Assembly: GCA_963528875.1 (NCBI GenBank)
Contig: CAURWT010000001.1
Location: 240,001-272,000, forward strand
Reading direction: 5' to 3'
Origin: an uncultured Candidatus Saccharimonas sp.
GTDB taxonomy: Bacteria; Patescibacteriota; Saccharimonadia; Saccharimonadales; Saccharimonadaceae
Length of the DNA: 32,000 bases
How positions within the stretch are numbered: the stretch's first letter is position 1; every line of letters begins with the position of its first letter. The position numbers and the translations under genes were made by a program. Positions 17,318-25,673 of the stretch are shown piece by piece. The notes under the pieces are model-generated. The model saw nothing but the letters and a program-made list of their open reading frames with translations. It was not told the DNA's origin and did not search any database.

Positions 17318-19087
17318 ATGACATTATTAACCAATGATATTCAGGATAGACTTGCAAAAATCCTTGTTGAAGAGGGTCTTATTCAAGAATCAAAAATTGA
17401 GTTGGCTATAAGAGAGGCTGGTTTAAACAATCAGTCTCTAATGTCGTATATGATTGAACATAAGTTTCTTGATAATGAAATTCTTATTCACGCTACAGCT
17501 CATGTTTCGGGGATTCCCTATGTTAATCTTGAAAATACTACCATTCCGCAAGAGACTCTTGATTTAATTTCAGTTGATATTGCTGAACGAAATATGGCGG
17601 TTCCAATTGCTGAAGTTCAGGGGCGAATTGCTGTTGCGATGCTTGATGCCACTAACATTCAAGCCGTTGACTATCTTTCTAGTCTAATTCAGCGCCCTCT
17701 AAAAGTATTTATGGCGAGCCAAAAATCAATTAGGCATATTTTAGATCAATATAAAACTGATCTTTCCGGTGTTGATGCTCTGGCTGAAAATGTTGATGCG
17801 CAAACTCAGGCGGAAGCAGAATCAAAACGGCAGGTTCAAACAATCGTGCAGGACTCACCGATTTCGAAAGCTTTGAATACAATTTTGGAATATGCTGTTC
17901 GCGCAAAAGCATCCGATATTCATATTGAACCGCTTGAAAAATCTTTGAAAATTCGCTGTCGAATAGACGGTGTTCTTCGAGAAATTATGAATTTACCAAA
18001 GAGCATTGAGCCGGCTTTAATTTCACGTATCAAGATTCTCTCAAGCTTAAAGATCGATGAGCACCGCGTGCCGCAAGATGGTCAGTTTGCTGTTGCTGTT
18101 GGGGATAAAGAAGTCGACCTTCGTATCGCTATTTCGCCGGTTGTTTGGGGTGAGCAAGTCGTGATTCGTTTGCTTGATAAAACGGGTAATTCTTTTAATC
18201 TTGAAGAAATGGGATACGCTGGGCGAGCTCTTCGAACAATTCGAAAGGGAATCGCTGCTCCAAATGGAATGGTTTTAACATCTGGTCCAACTGGTTCTGG
18301 TAAATCAACATCGCTTTATGCATTGATTAAAGAGATTAAAGATGATTCGGTGAATATTATTACTCTCGAAGACCCTGTTGAATATAAGATGGACGGCGTA
18401 AATCAGATTCAAGTTAATGCTGAAGTTGGACTAACTTTTGCAGCGGGATTGCGTTCTATTTTGCGTCTTGACCCTGATATTGTGATGGTTGGAGAAATTC
18501 GTGATGGTGAAACAGCCAACCTTGCCGTTCAGGCCGCATTAACTGGACACTTAGTATTTTCAACACTTCACACCAACTCTGCTGCCGGAATTTTGCCTCG
18601 CTTGATTGATATGGGAATTGAACCTTTCTTGATTGCTTCAACAGTGAATACGATTATTGGTCAGCGGCTTGTTCGAAGAGTAGCAGCCAAGCGAAATACT
18701 TATCAATCTTCACCGCTTGAAACGCAAAGCATTATCGAAACCGTGGGTCATTTACTACCAAAAACACCAGAGGAGGTAGAAAAAGTCTCAGCCGATTTGG
18801 GATATAAAAATCTACCTCTTGCAAACCAAAAGTCTTATACTCTTGTGAAGGGCCGTGATACGCCACAAACACCGGGTGGATATAAAGGGCGTGCAGGTCT
18901 ATATGAAGTTATGGAGGTGACCGAAGAAATTCAACAGCTTATCATTAAACATGCAACTTCGCACGAGGTTCAAAAAGTAGCAATGGCGCAAGGGATGATC
19001 ACAATGCGCCAAGATGGATATCTTAAAGCTTTAACAGGAATTACAACATTAGAAGAAGTCAATAGGGTTGCGTCTGATAGCGCATAA
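17318..19087 (+). CDS. pilB: Type IV pilus assembly (extension) ATPase PilB/GspE family
   Basis: N-terminal T2SSE_N-like domain. Walker A GPTGSGKS, Asp box LRLDPDIVMVGEIRD, His box GHLVFSTLHTNSA. Confidence 0.92.
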   Translation: MTLLTNDIQDRLAKILVEEGLIQESKIELAIREAGLNNQSLMSYMIEHKFLDNEILIHATAHVSGIPYVNLENTTIPQETLDLISVDIAERNMAVPIAEVQGRIAVAMLDATNIQAVDYLSSLIQRPLKVFMASQKSIRHILDQYKTDLSGVDALAENVDAQTQAEAESKRQVQTIVQDSPISKALNTILEYAVRAKASDIHIEPLEKSLKIRCRIDGVLREIMNLPKSIEPALISRIKILSSLKIDEHRVPQDGQFAVAVGDKEVDLRIAISPVVWGEQVVIRLLDKTGNSFNLEEMGYAGRALRTIRKGIAAPNGMVLTSGPTGSGKSTSLYALIKEIKDDSVNIITLEDPVEYKMDGVNQIQVNAEVGLTFAAGLRSILRLDPDIVMVGEIRDGETANLAVQAALTGHLVFSTLHTNSAAGILPRLIDMGIEPFLIASTVNTIIGQRLVRRVAAKRNTYQSSPLETQSIIETVGHLLPKTPEEVEKVSADLGYKNLPLANQKSYTLVKGRDTPQTPGGYKGRAGLYEVMEVTEEIQQLIIKHATSHEVQKVAMAQGMITMRQDGYLKALTGITTLEEVNRVASDSA

Positions 19088-19099
19088 AACGGGAGGAAT

Positions 19100-20167
19100 A
19101 TGAATCAAAATCTAAGAATAGAAATTTTACTTGAAGAAATCGTTCGAAAAAACGCAAGCGATCTTCACTTACAAGTTGGTTTACCACCAATGATGCGGCT
19201 TGATGGTGTTTTGGCGCCATTCCCAGGATACAACCCATTAAATGCTGAAGAAGTTGAGCGTCTTGTTTTTGCGATTCTTGATGATGACCAGCAAAAAATT
19301 CTGATTAAAGATAAGGAATTTGACTTCTCATTTGCCTTTGGTGATTTGGGTCGTTTTCGTGTTAATGCTTTTCATGAACGTGGTAATTTAGCAGCTTCGC
19401 TTCGTTTAATTCCGAATCAGATTAAAACTATTGCTGAGCTTGGAATGCCACCAGTGATCCAGTCTTTTGCCGATTTTCCGCGTGGTTTAGTTTTAGTTAC
19501 CGGGCCAACTGGTTCAGGAAAATCTACAACTCTTGCCGCTTTGATTGATAAAATTAACAGCGAAAAAGCTCAGCATATCATTACGATTGAAGATCCGATT
19601 GAGTTTACACATAAATCGAAACGTTCAGCGATTGTTCAGCGAGAAGTTCATTATGACACTTATTCATTTTCTGCGGCTCTTCGAAGTTCGCTTCGTCAAG
19701 ATCCAGATGTTGTTTTGATTGGCGAGATGCGTGATCTTGAAACGATTTCGGCTGCAATTACAATTGCTGAAACTGGGCACTTAGTGTTTGCAACGCTTCA
19801 CACAAACTCTGCAGCGCAATCAATCGATCGTATGATTGATGTTTTTCCACCGCACCAACAGCCTCAAGTTCGTTCGCAGCTTGCTAATATTCTGCAAGGA
19901 ATTTGTGCTCAACGACTTGTTCCTGCAATTGGCGGTGGGCGAGTTGTTGCGGCTGAAGTTATGGTTGCGAACCCTGCAATTCGAAATATTATTCGTGAAG
20001 GAAAAACTCATCAGCTTGATACTGTTATTCAAACTGGTTCCGACCAAGGGATGCAGACAATGGATAGAACGCTTGTTAAATTGGTGCAATCTGGCGTGGT
20101 AACTTATGATGATGCGCGCGAATTTGCGGTTGATTTAGTTGAATTTGAAAGGTTGATGAGAGGCTAA
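19100..20167 (+). CDS. pilT: Twitching motility (retraction) ATPase PilT
   Basis: GPTGSGKSTTLAALI, GHLVFATLHTNSA, and the PilT signature AIRNIIREGKTHQL. Confidence 0.93.
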   Translation: MNQNLRIEILLEEIVRKNASDLHLQVGLPPMMRLDGVLAPFPGYNPLNAEEVERLVFAILDDDQQKILIKDKEFDFSFAFGDLGRFRVNAFHERGNLAASLRLIPNQIKTIAELGMPPVIQSFADFPRGLVLVTGPTGSGKSTTLAALIDKINSEKAQHIITIEDPIEFTHKSKRSAIVQREVHYDTYSFSAALRSSLRQDPDVVLIGEMRDLETISAAITIAETGHLVFATLHTNSAAQSIDRMIDVFPPHQQPQVRSQLANILQGICAQRLVPAIGGGRVVAAEVMVANPAIRNIIREGKTHQLDTVIQTGSDQGMQTMDRTLVKLVQSGVVTYDDAREFAVDLVEFERLMRG

Positions 20168-20168
20168 T

Positions 20169-21374
20169 ATGAAAAAATTTTCTTATAAAGTAAAAGATCG
20201 TGTTACTGGTAAAATCGTTAAAGGTGAAATTTCAGCAGATAGTCAGCGTGCGGCTGGAAAAGCTCTTATTGATCAAGGCTATATTTTGCAAGATGATATT
20301 TATGAAGTTGGCCAAGAAAACGCTTTGGCGAGGTTTATGAACCGAATCACAACTAAGGATAAAATCGTCTTCACTCGTCAGTTTGCTACTTTGATTGGTG
20401 CAGGTTTACCTCTTGCACAGGCCCTTCGAACAGTTTCTGAGCAAACTGAAAATAAAAAGATGCGTTCAGTTGTTGATGACATTTTGGCTTCAGTTGAAAG
20501 TGGTTCAAGCTTGAAAGATGCTTTTTCGAAATTTCCAGATGTTTTCGATAAAGTTTATCTTGCTTTGATTGCTGCTGGTGAAATGTCAGGAACACTTGAT
20601 GAATCGCTTCGCCGTGTTGCAACTCAGCAAGAAAAAGACGCGGCAATGATGAGTAAGATTCGTGGGGCTTTAACTTACCCAGTAATTGTGCTTGTAGTTA
20701 TTGGTCTTGTGATGGCGTTTATGATGGTGCAGGTTGTTCCTCAAGTTAAGCAGCTCTATAAAGATATGCACCAAGAATTGCCATTTGCAACACAAATTCT
20801 TATTGGAATATCCGACTTTATGATTAACTTCTGGTGGCTTGTTTTAGTTGGACTAGGTGTTGCTGGTTATTTCTTCCGCCAATATCTTAAAACCGAATCA
20901 GGAATTAAATTTGCGGCAAATTTCAAACTAAATGTTCCATTATTTAGTCCGCTATTTCGAAAGCTTTATATGGCACGATTTGCAAGAACTGGTCAGCTTT
21001 TGCTTTCAACTGGTGTTGCAATGCTTGATATGCTCAACATTTGTGGCGATGCGATGAATAATGTTATTGTGAAAAAGAGTATTGATGAAGCCGGAAAACT
21101 CGTTCAAGGCGGTAAAAGTCTTTCAGAATCTTTAAAGGGTAAAGATTATATTTTGGATATGGTGCCACAAATGATTAACATTGGTGAGCAATCTGGTAAA
21201 ATTGATGAAATGCTTGGCAAAACCGCGCAGGTTTATGAAGATGAACTTGATGAGCAAATTAAAGCTATTTCAACCTTGATTGAGCCAATCTTGATGGTTG
21301 TGATGGCATTGATGGCGGGTGGTTTGATTGGTGCAATTTTGTTCCCAATTTACTCGCTAGTTACAAAAGTTTAA
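20169..21374 (+). CDS. pilC: Type IV pilus platform protein PilC (GspF family)
   Basis: 401 aa with duplicated GspF domains (FTRQFATLIGAGLPL and MARFARTGQLLLSTGV) and three TM segments. Confidence 0.9.
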   Translation: MKKFSYKVKDRVTGKIVKGEISADSQRAAGKALIDQGYILQDDIYEVGQENALARFMNRITTKDKIVFTRQFATLIGAGLPLAQALRTVSEQTENKKMRSVVDDILASVESGSSLKDAFSKFPDVFDKVYLALIAAGEMSGTLDESLRRVATQQEKDAAMMSKIRGALTYPVIVLVVIGLVMAFMMVQVVPQVKQLYKDMHQELPFATQILIGISDFMINFWWLVLVGLGVAGYFFRQYLKTESGIKFAANFKLNVPLFSPLFRKLYMARFARTGQLLLSTGVAMLDMLNICGDAMNNVIVKKSIDEAGKLVQGGKSLSESLKGKDYILDMVPQMINIGEQSGKIDEMLGKTAQVYEDELDEQIKAISTLIEPILMVVMALMAGGLIGAILFPIYSLVTKV

Positions 21375-21392
21375 TTTTTCGAAAGGAAGAGA

Positions 21393-22295
21393 GTGGAGAA
21401 TTTTCTATTAAGTTTAATTTGTGGCGTAATTGGTGCCGTTTTGGGTAGTTTTTCGGTTGCCCAAGTTTGGCGATTGCGTGCAAAACAACTTCAAGAAGAG
21501 AGAGAATCTGGTAAAAAAGTTGATTCTACTGAATGGAAAAAACTCTGCTCTTTAGTTTCGGTTAAAACAAAAAATGACCGCTCGCATTGTTTGAACTGCA
21601 ACTATCAACTAAAATGGTTTGATTTAATTCCAATTATTTCTTGGCTTTCACTTGGCGGAAAATGTCGTAAATGCCGTTCGAAAATCGGCTCGCTTGAATT
21701 TTTATCTGAAATTTTAATGTTTGCGCTTTTTGCGATTATTTTCTTAATTTTTAACCCGATTTCGAATGGCACAATTTTAGTTTTGCCAGCAATTAGACTT
21801 TTCATTTTATTAATTTCTCTGGTTCCGCTTGCAATTATGTTTATTTATGATGCTAAGTGGTCACTTTTGCCAACCAAACTTCTGTATATTTTTAATATTT
21901 TAGCGTTTATTTATTGGGCAACTGGGTTTTTGACAGTTTCTGGTGGATTTAATTTAAGATCCATTTTTTACTTAGTAATTTCAATGATGTTCTTCCCGTT
22001 GATCTATTTTGTGCTTGCAAAAATTTCGAAAGAGCAATGGGTTGGTGGTGGCGACTGGATTTTGGCAGTTGGCTTGATTTTTCTTTTACCAAACCACCCA
22101 GTTTTTGCAATTTTTCTACTTTTCCTTTCGAATGTTGTGGGCTTGGTTTTTGCAGTTTTCCAATCTATCTTGCATTTTCGAAAAGTTAAACGTGGAACAC
22201 AAATTCCATTTGGTCCGGCAATGATTTTAGCGGCTTTAATTTTGTTAGCCCTTCAACAGCAAATTTTGGTATTTTTTATCAATTTGATAATGTAA
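21393..22295 (+). CDS. pilD: Prepilin peptidase (A24 family) PilD
   Basis: GTG start after AAAGGA. CLNCNYQL...GGKCRKC zinc motif. Polytopic membrane protein with GGGDWIL. Confidence 0.88.
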   Translation: MENFLLSLICGVIGAVLGSFSVAQVWRLRAKQLQEERESGKKVDSTEWKKLCSLVSVKTKNDRSHCLNCNYQLKWFDLIPIISWLSLGGKCRKCRSKIGSLEFLSEILMFALFAIIFLIFNPISNGTILVLPAIRLFILLISLVPLAIMFIYDAKWSLLPTKLLYIFNILAFIYWATGFLTVSGGFNLRSIFYLVISMMFFPLIYFVLAKISKEQWVGGGDWILAVGLIFLLPNHPVFAIFLLFLSNVVGLVFAVFQSILHFRKVKRGTQIPFGPAMILAALILLALQQQILVFFINLIM

Positions 22296-22309
22296 AAATA
22301 AAAAGCTTA

Positions 22310-22318
22310 TGGTATAAT
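22310..22318 (+). promoter_or_regulatory. Possible internal extended -10 promoter TGGTATAAT ahead of the pilin-like genes
   Basis: TGgTATAAT at 22310-22318. AGGAG at 22319-22323 and ATG at 22329. Confidence 0.4.
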
Positions 22319-22328
22319 AGGAGTAAAT

Positions 22329-23396
22329 ATGGAAAACTTTACAATGAAAAAAGCTTTTACAATTATTGAAGTGATACTTGTTTTGGGTATCTCTGGTTTA
22401 ATGTTAGCAACTATGCTTGTTGGCTGGAATGCTAGTATTGAAAAACAGCGCTATAATGATTCAGTGAATACTTTTAAATCAGATATTCAGGGTGTGTTTT
22501 CGGATGTAGAAAATCAAACTAACGATAAGGGTTCTACAAAAATTAAATGTGACACGTCTGGTGTAAATATAAGTATTTTAAAAGATAATGGCGGCAAATT
22601 AACGGGTTCAAGCAATTGTGTAATACTTGGAAAGTATATCTCTCTATATAATGGGAATGTTATTCCTGGGAATGAAAATGCAACTCTTGGACAAGAGCGA
22701 TTCAGGGTTTTTGATGTTATAGGAAAAGATATAGATACATCAAAGGATTGTCGGGCTATAGATGAGAATGGTAGATTACATGGTGATTTGCGAGCATGTA
22801 GAAATAGTATAGAAGCCTTACGTGCAACAAAATTTGTTCTTGATGGTGGTAAGAATAGTGTAAAAGGCCCAAAAGATATAGAATTGCAATGGCGCGGAAC
22901 ATATAAAAATGTTACAGATAATAGGATAACTAGTGCTAGTGGGATACGAGCATTCAGCCACAAAAGTGCAGTTACCTCAATAACAAGTGGCGATAATAAG
23001 TGGCATGGTTTAGATACGATCACAGGCGTTTTGATATTAAGATCTCCTATTGATAATTCAATAATTTCTTTCGGCACTTCAGCAATGATAGAACATGGTT
23101 CTCTTGATGATGATGGTCTTATAGCCGCTTTTAGAGATATAAATATAAATAGTGATTTTGTTATCAAAAATGGGAAAACAGTTAATGTTTGCGTTCGACC
23201 TTCTAACGACGGAGTGCAATGGTATGCTGGTGGCTTCAATTTCTTCGGCGATAGAAATAAAGTTGTAAAAATTGGACCTTCAGCTTCTGCTGTTGAAATC
23301 GCACCTCTTGACGGTCCTAAGGGCTCTTCTTGTGGTGGTGATAGAAAAGGAGATGCAAGATTTGGTGATGTAATAATTGATGGAAAGAAATTATAA
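22329..23396 (+). CDS. Large (355 aa) type IV pilin-like protein with a class III signal peptide
   Basis: MENFTMKKA|FTIIEVILVLGISGLMLA has a prepilin leader, Glu at +5 and a hydrophobic helix. The C-terminal domain carries 7 Cys. AGA/ATA-rich codon usage. Confidence 0.8.
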   Translation: MENFTMKKAFTIIEVILVLGISGLMLATMLVGWNASIEKQRYNDSVNTFKSDIQGVFSDVENQTNDKGSTKIKCDTSGVNISILKDNGGKLTGSSNCVILGKYISLYNGNVIPGNENATLGQERFRVFDVIGKDIDTSKDCRAIDENGRLHGDLRACRNSIEALRATKFVLDGGKNSVKGPKDIELQWRGTYKNVTDNRITSASGIRAFSHKSAVTSITSGDNKWHGLDTITGVLILRSPIDNSIISFGTSAMIEHGSLDDDGLIAAFRDININSDFVIKNGKTVNVCVRPSNDGVQWYAGGFNFFGDRNKVVKIGPSASAVEIAPLDGPKGSSCGGDRKGDARFGDVIIDGKKL

Positions 23397-24007
23397 TGAA
23401 ATTTCGAAAAGGTGATACATTAATTGAAGTGCTTCTTGCTATTGCTGTTTTTGCAACTGTAATGATGATTGGGTTGACTACAATGAATAATGGAATGTCG
23501 CGTGCGCTAGCAAGTTTGCAGCTTACTATGGCGCGAAATGCTATGGACACTCAAGCAGAAGCTTTGCGTTTTGCGAATGCGGCGTTTATTTCTGAATATC
23601 GCGCAGATAGTTCAGAAGTTTCAAGTCCTGCAGCAGAATTATGGAAAAACAGCTTAACGAAAGATGCTCAAGGCTCAGCAACCCCACTTGGGGAATGTAG
23701 TCGAGGCTCAAGTGCTTTTGTTATTTCGACAAGAGATATGGTGACGAATCGTGGTTATCATAATGAAAAAATAGTTAATGCAATAACTTATCCACGAATT
23801 GCTTATGGTGATGATAAAGATAATAATGCGAACTGGCTACGCGATGACCTTCCTTATAGAAGTGCACAAGGTATTTGGGTTGAGAAAGTTCACGCTCCAA
23901 ATACAAAATATTATGATTTTCATATTCGTGCATGTTGGTCCGCACCAGGAACTAACGTAAAAACAACTCTTGGAACGATTGTGAGGTTATATGACCCAAG
24001 GAACTAA
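23396..24007 (+). CDS. Pilin/pseudopilin-like protein with an unusual +1 Asp
   Basis: MKFRKG|DTLIEVLLAIAVFATVMMIGL has Gly at -1 and Glu at +5, followed by a hydrophobic helix. TAATG coupling. Confidence 0.7.
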   Translation: MKFRKGDTLIEVLLAIAVFATVMMIGLTTMNNGMSRALASLQLTMARNAMDTQAEALRFANAAFISEYRADSSEVSSPAAELWKNSLTKDAQGSATPLGECSRGSSAFVISTRDMVTNRGYHNEKIVNAITYPRIAYGDDKDNNANWLRDDLPYRSAQGIWVEKVHAPNTKYYDFHIRACWSAPGTNVKTTLGTIVRLYDPRN

Positions 24008-24665
24008 AAAAGGTTTTACGATTATGGAATTAATGCTAGCAATGGGCGTGATTGCGTTTCTGCTCGTTGGTGTTGCTGGCTTAATTATTCAAATGACGAA
24101 CACGATTACTCGTGGAACAACTTATAAAGATTTGAACGCTGCTGCTCGCACAATTAATGCAGATTTTACTAAGACTTTCAATTCTTCACCAATGCTTGAT
24201 GATTGGAATGGTGGTGTTGATGGTAAATTTTATAAATCTACTGGTGCGGCCGGCGCATTTTGTACCGGAACTGTGAGCTACTTGTGGAATATAGGAGATG
24301 GAAGACAGATAGTTTTTAGTGATATTAGTGCCGTTAAATTAGTAAAAGTTCGCGATACTGCTAGATCTTATTGCGCTGATGGTGCCGAAAATACAATTTG
24401 GCGAAGGGTGCCTCGAGACAACAATGTTACAGATATTCTAACTAGTAGTGAAATCGACCTTCGATTACATGGAATTAATTTTTCAACCTCGCCTAATTTA
24501 AAAAATAGTGCATCAAACCAAATGATCGTTAATATTTCTTATATTCTAGGAACGCCAAACAATGGCGATATAGATGTAAGCACATATAATTGTGAAGGCA
24601 ATATTAAAAGTAATTATTGCGCAGTTAATAGATTCGATTTGACTGTTCGAACTCTTGGTAAATAA
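23991..24665 (+). CDS. Type IV pilin-like protein (canonical G|FTxxE leader)
   Basis: MTQGTKKG|FTIMELMLAMGVIAFLLVGVAG. 224 aa. Several Cys in the C-terminal domain. Confidence 0.8.
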   Translation: MTQGTKKGFTIMELMLAMGVIAFLLVGVAGLIIQMTNTITRGTTYKDLNAAARTINADFTKTFNSSPMLDDWNGGVDGKFYKSTGAAGAFCTGTVSYLWNIGDGRQIVFSDISAVKLVKVRDTARSYCADGAENTIWRRVPRDNNVTDILTSSEIDLRLHGINFSTSPNLKNSASNQMIVNISYILGTPNNGDIDVSTYNCEGNIKSNYCAVNRFDLTVRTLGK

Positions 24666-24691
24666 AAAGTGGCTTTCGAAGGGTCACTTTT
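24665..24691. terminator. Putative bidirectional terminator between the pilin genes and xerC
   Basis: AAAAGTGGC (24665-24673) pairs with GTCACTTTT (24683-24691), with one G-U pair. The loop contains TTCGAA. Confidence 0.4.
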
Positions 24692-25607
24692 ATTCTGTTT
24701 CGCTGTGAAATTTCTCGTGAATTTCTTTTAAATGCTGGTCAGTGATATGTGTATAGATTTGTGTTGTTGCAATACTGGCATGGCCAAGCATTCCTTGCAC
24801 TGATCGCAAATCCGCACCATTTACGAGTAAATCTGTTGCAAAAGAATGTCGCATTGTGTGGGGCGAAACATGTTTTGTGATTCCGGCAAGTTTTGCGTAT
24901 TTTTCAACCATTCTTTGCACCGAACGTGGTGTAATTCGCCGATAATTTCCATCGGTTGAAGGTTTTTTGTATCGTCGCGAATAATTTAAAAATAACGGTT
25001 GTAAGTTATCATTTCGAGCGTCTAAATAATTTTCGATATGCTCTGCGGATTTTTTCGAAATAAAAATTGGTCGGTCTTTGTTTCCTTTTCCGCGAACGGT
25101 AAATTCACGCCGCTTTGTATTGATGCTTCCACGGTTTAAATTCACAAGCTCAGAAACACGCAAACCGCTCGAAAAGAGTAATTCCACAATTGCGCGGTCT
25201 CGTAAATCACTCTCGGTTTCATTTGGAATCTCAGCAATTAAGCGCTCAATTTCTTCATAATGCAAAAAATTCACTTGTGGCTTTACAATTTTTGGTAGCT
25301 CAATCTTTGAAGGCTCCAAGCTTTTAATATCGCGCCGAGCGAGATAAGTTAAAAATCTTCGAAGGGCAATTAGGTGATAAGCTTGTGTAGCTCGCCCTAA
25401 ATCTTTGCCAAATTCATTTTCGTAACGATTAAGCCATAAACGATATTTTCGAACTAATTCTGAGGTAATTTCTTTTGCTGGAATATCGCCAGCAAATTCA
25501 ACAAATCGCTCCAAATAAAGCCGATAATTCTCGGCCGTCTTTTTCGAACGGCCACCTTCAACTTCGAGCGATTCAATAAAATCTTCAATTCCTTCAGAAA
25601 TATACAT
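24690..25607 (-). CDS. Tyrosine recombinase XerC/XerD family
   Basis: SGLRVSELVNL (Arg), HTMRHSFAT (HxxR), and LGHASIATTQIYTH (His and Tyr). 305 aa. Confidence 0.9.
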   Translation of the reverse strand: MYISEGIEDFIESLEVEGGRSKKTAENYRLYLERFVEFAGDIPAKEITSELVRKYRLWLNRYENEFGKDLGRATQAYHLIALRRFLTYLARRDIKSLEPSKIELPKIVKPQVNFLHYEEIERLIAEIPNETESDLRDRAIVELLFSSGLRVSELVNLNRGSINTKRREFTVRGKGNKDRPIFISKKSAEHIENYLDARNDNLQPLFLNYSRRYKKPSTDGNYRRITPRSVQRMVEKYAKLAGITKHVSPHTMRHSFATDLLVNGADLRSVQGMLGHASIATTQIYTHITDQHLKEIHEKFHSETE

Positions 25608-25613
25608 AATCTT

Positions 25614-25622
25614 ATTATAGCA
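25614..25622 (-). promoter_or_regulatory. Extended -10 promoter (TGCTATAAT on the minus strand); xer ATG 6 nt downstream (leaderless-type)
   Basis: The reverse complement of 25614-25622 reads TGCTATAAT. The start codon complement lies at 25605-25607. Confidence 0.5.
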
Positions 25623-25673
25623 TTTTTTTATAAAAAATAGTATAATTTATGAAGAAGTCTAAGAAGGAGTTTT

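Noticed and set aside
22514-23239. 241-aa ORF on the minus strand, antisense to the large pilin gene
   Set aside because: The plus-strand ORF has a clear class III signal peptide, an SD and operon context. The antisense ORF has no start context and reads as Ser/Leu/Pro-rich shadow sequence.
22329-25607. Shufflon or invertible pilin system driven by the adjacent tyrosine recombinase
   Set aside because: The recombinase looks like a standard 305-aa XerC/D housekeeping enzyme. I found no repeated inverted crossover sites or silent pilin cassettes by eye. A computational inverted-repeat search across 22300-24700 would be needed to revive the idea.
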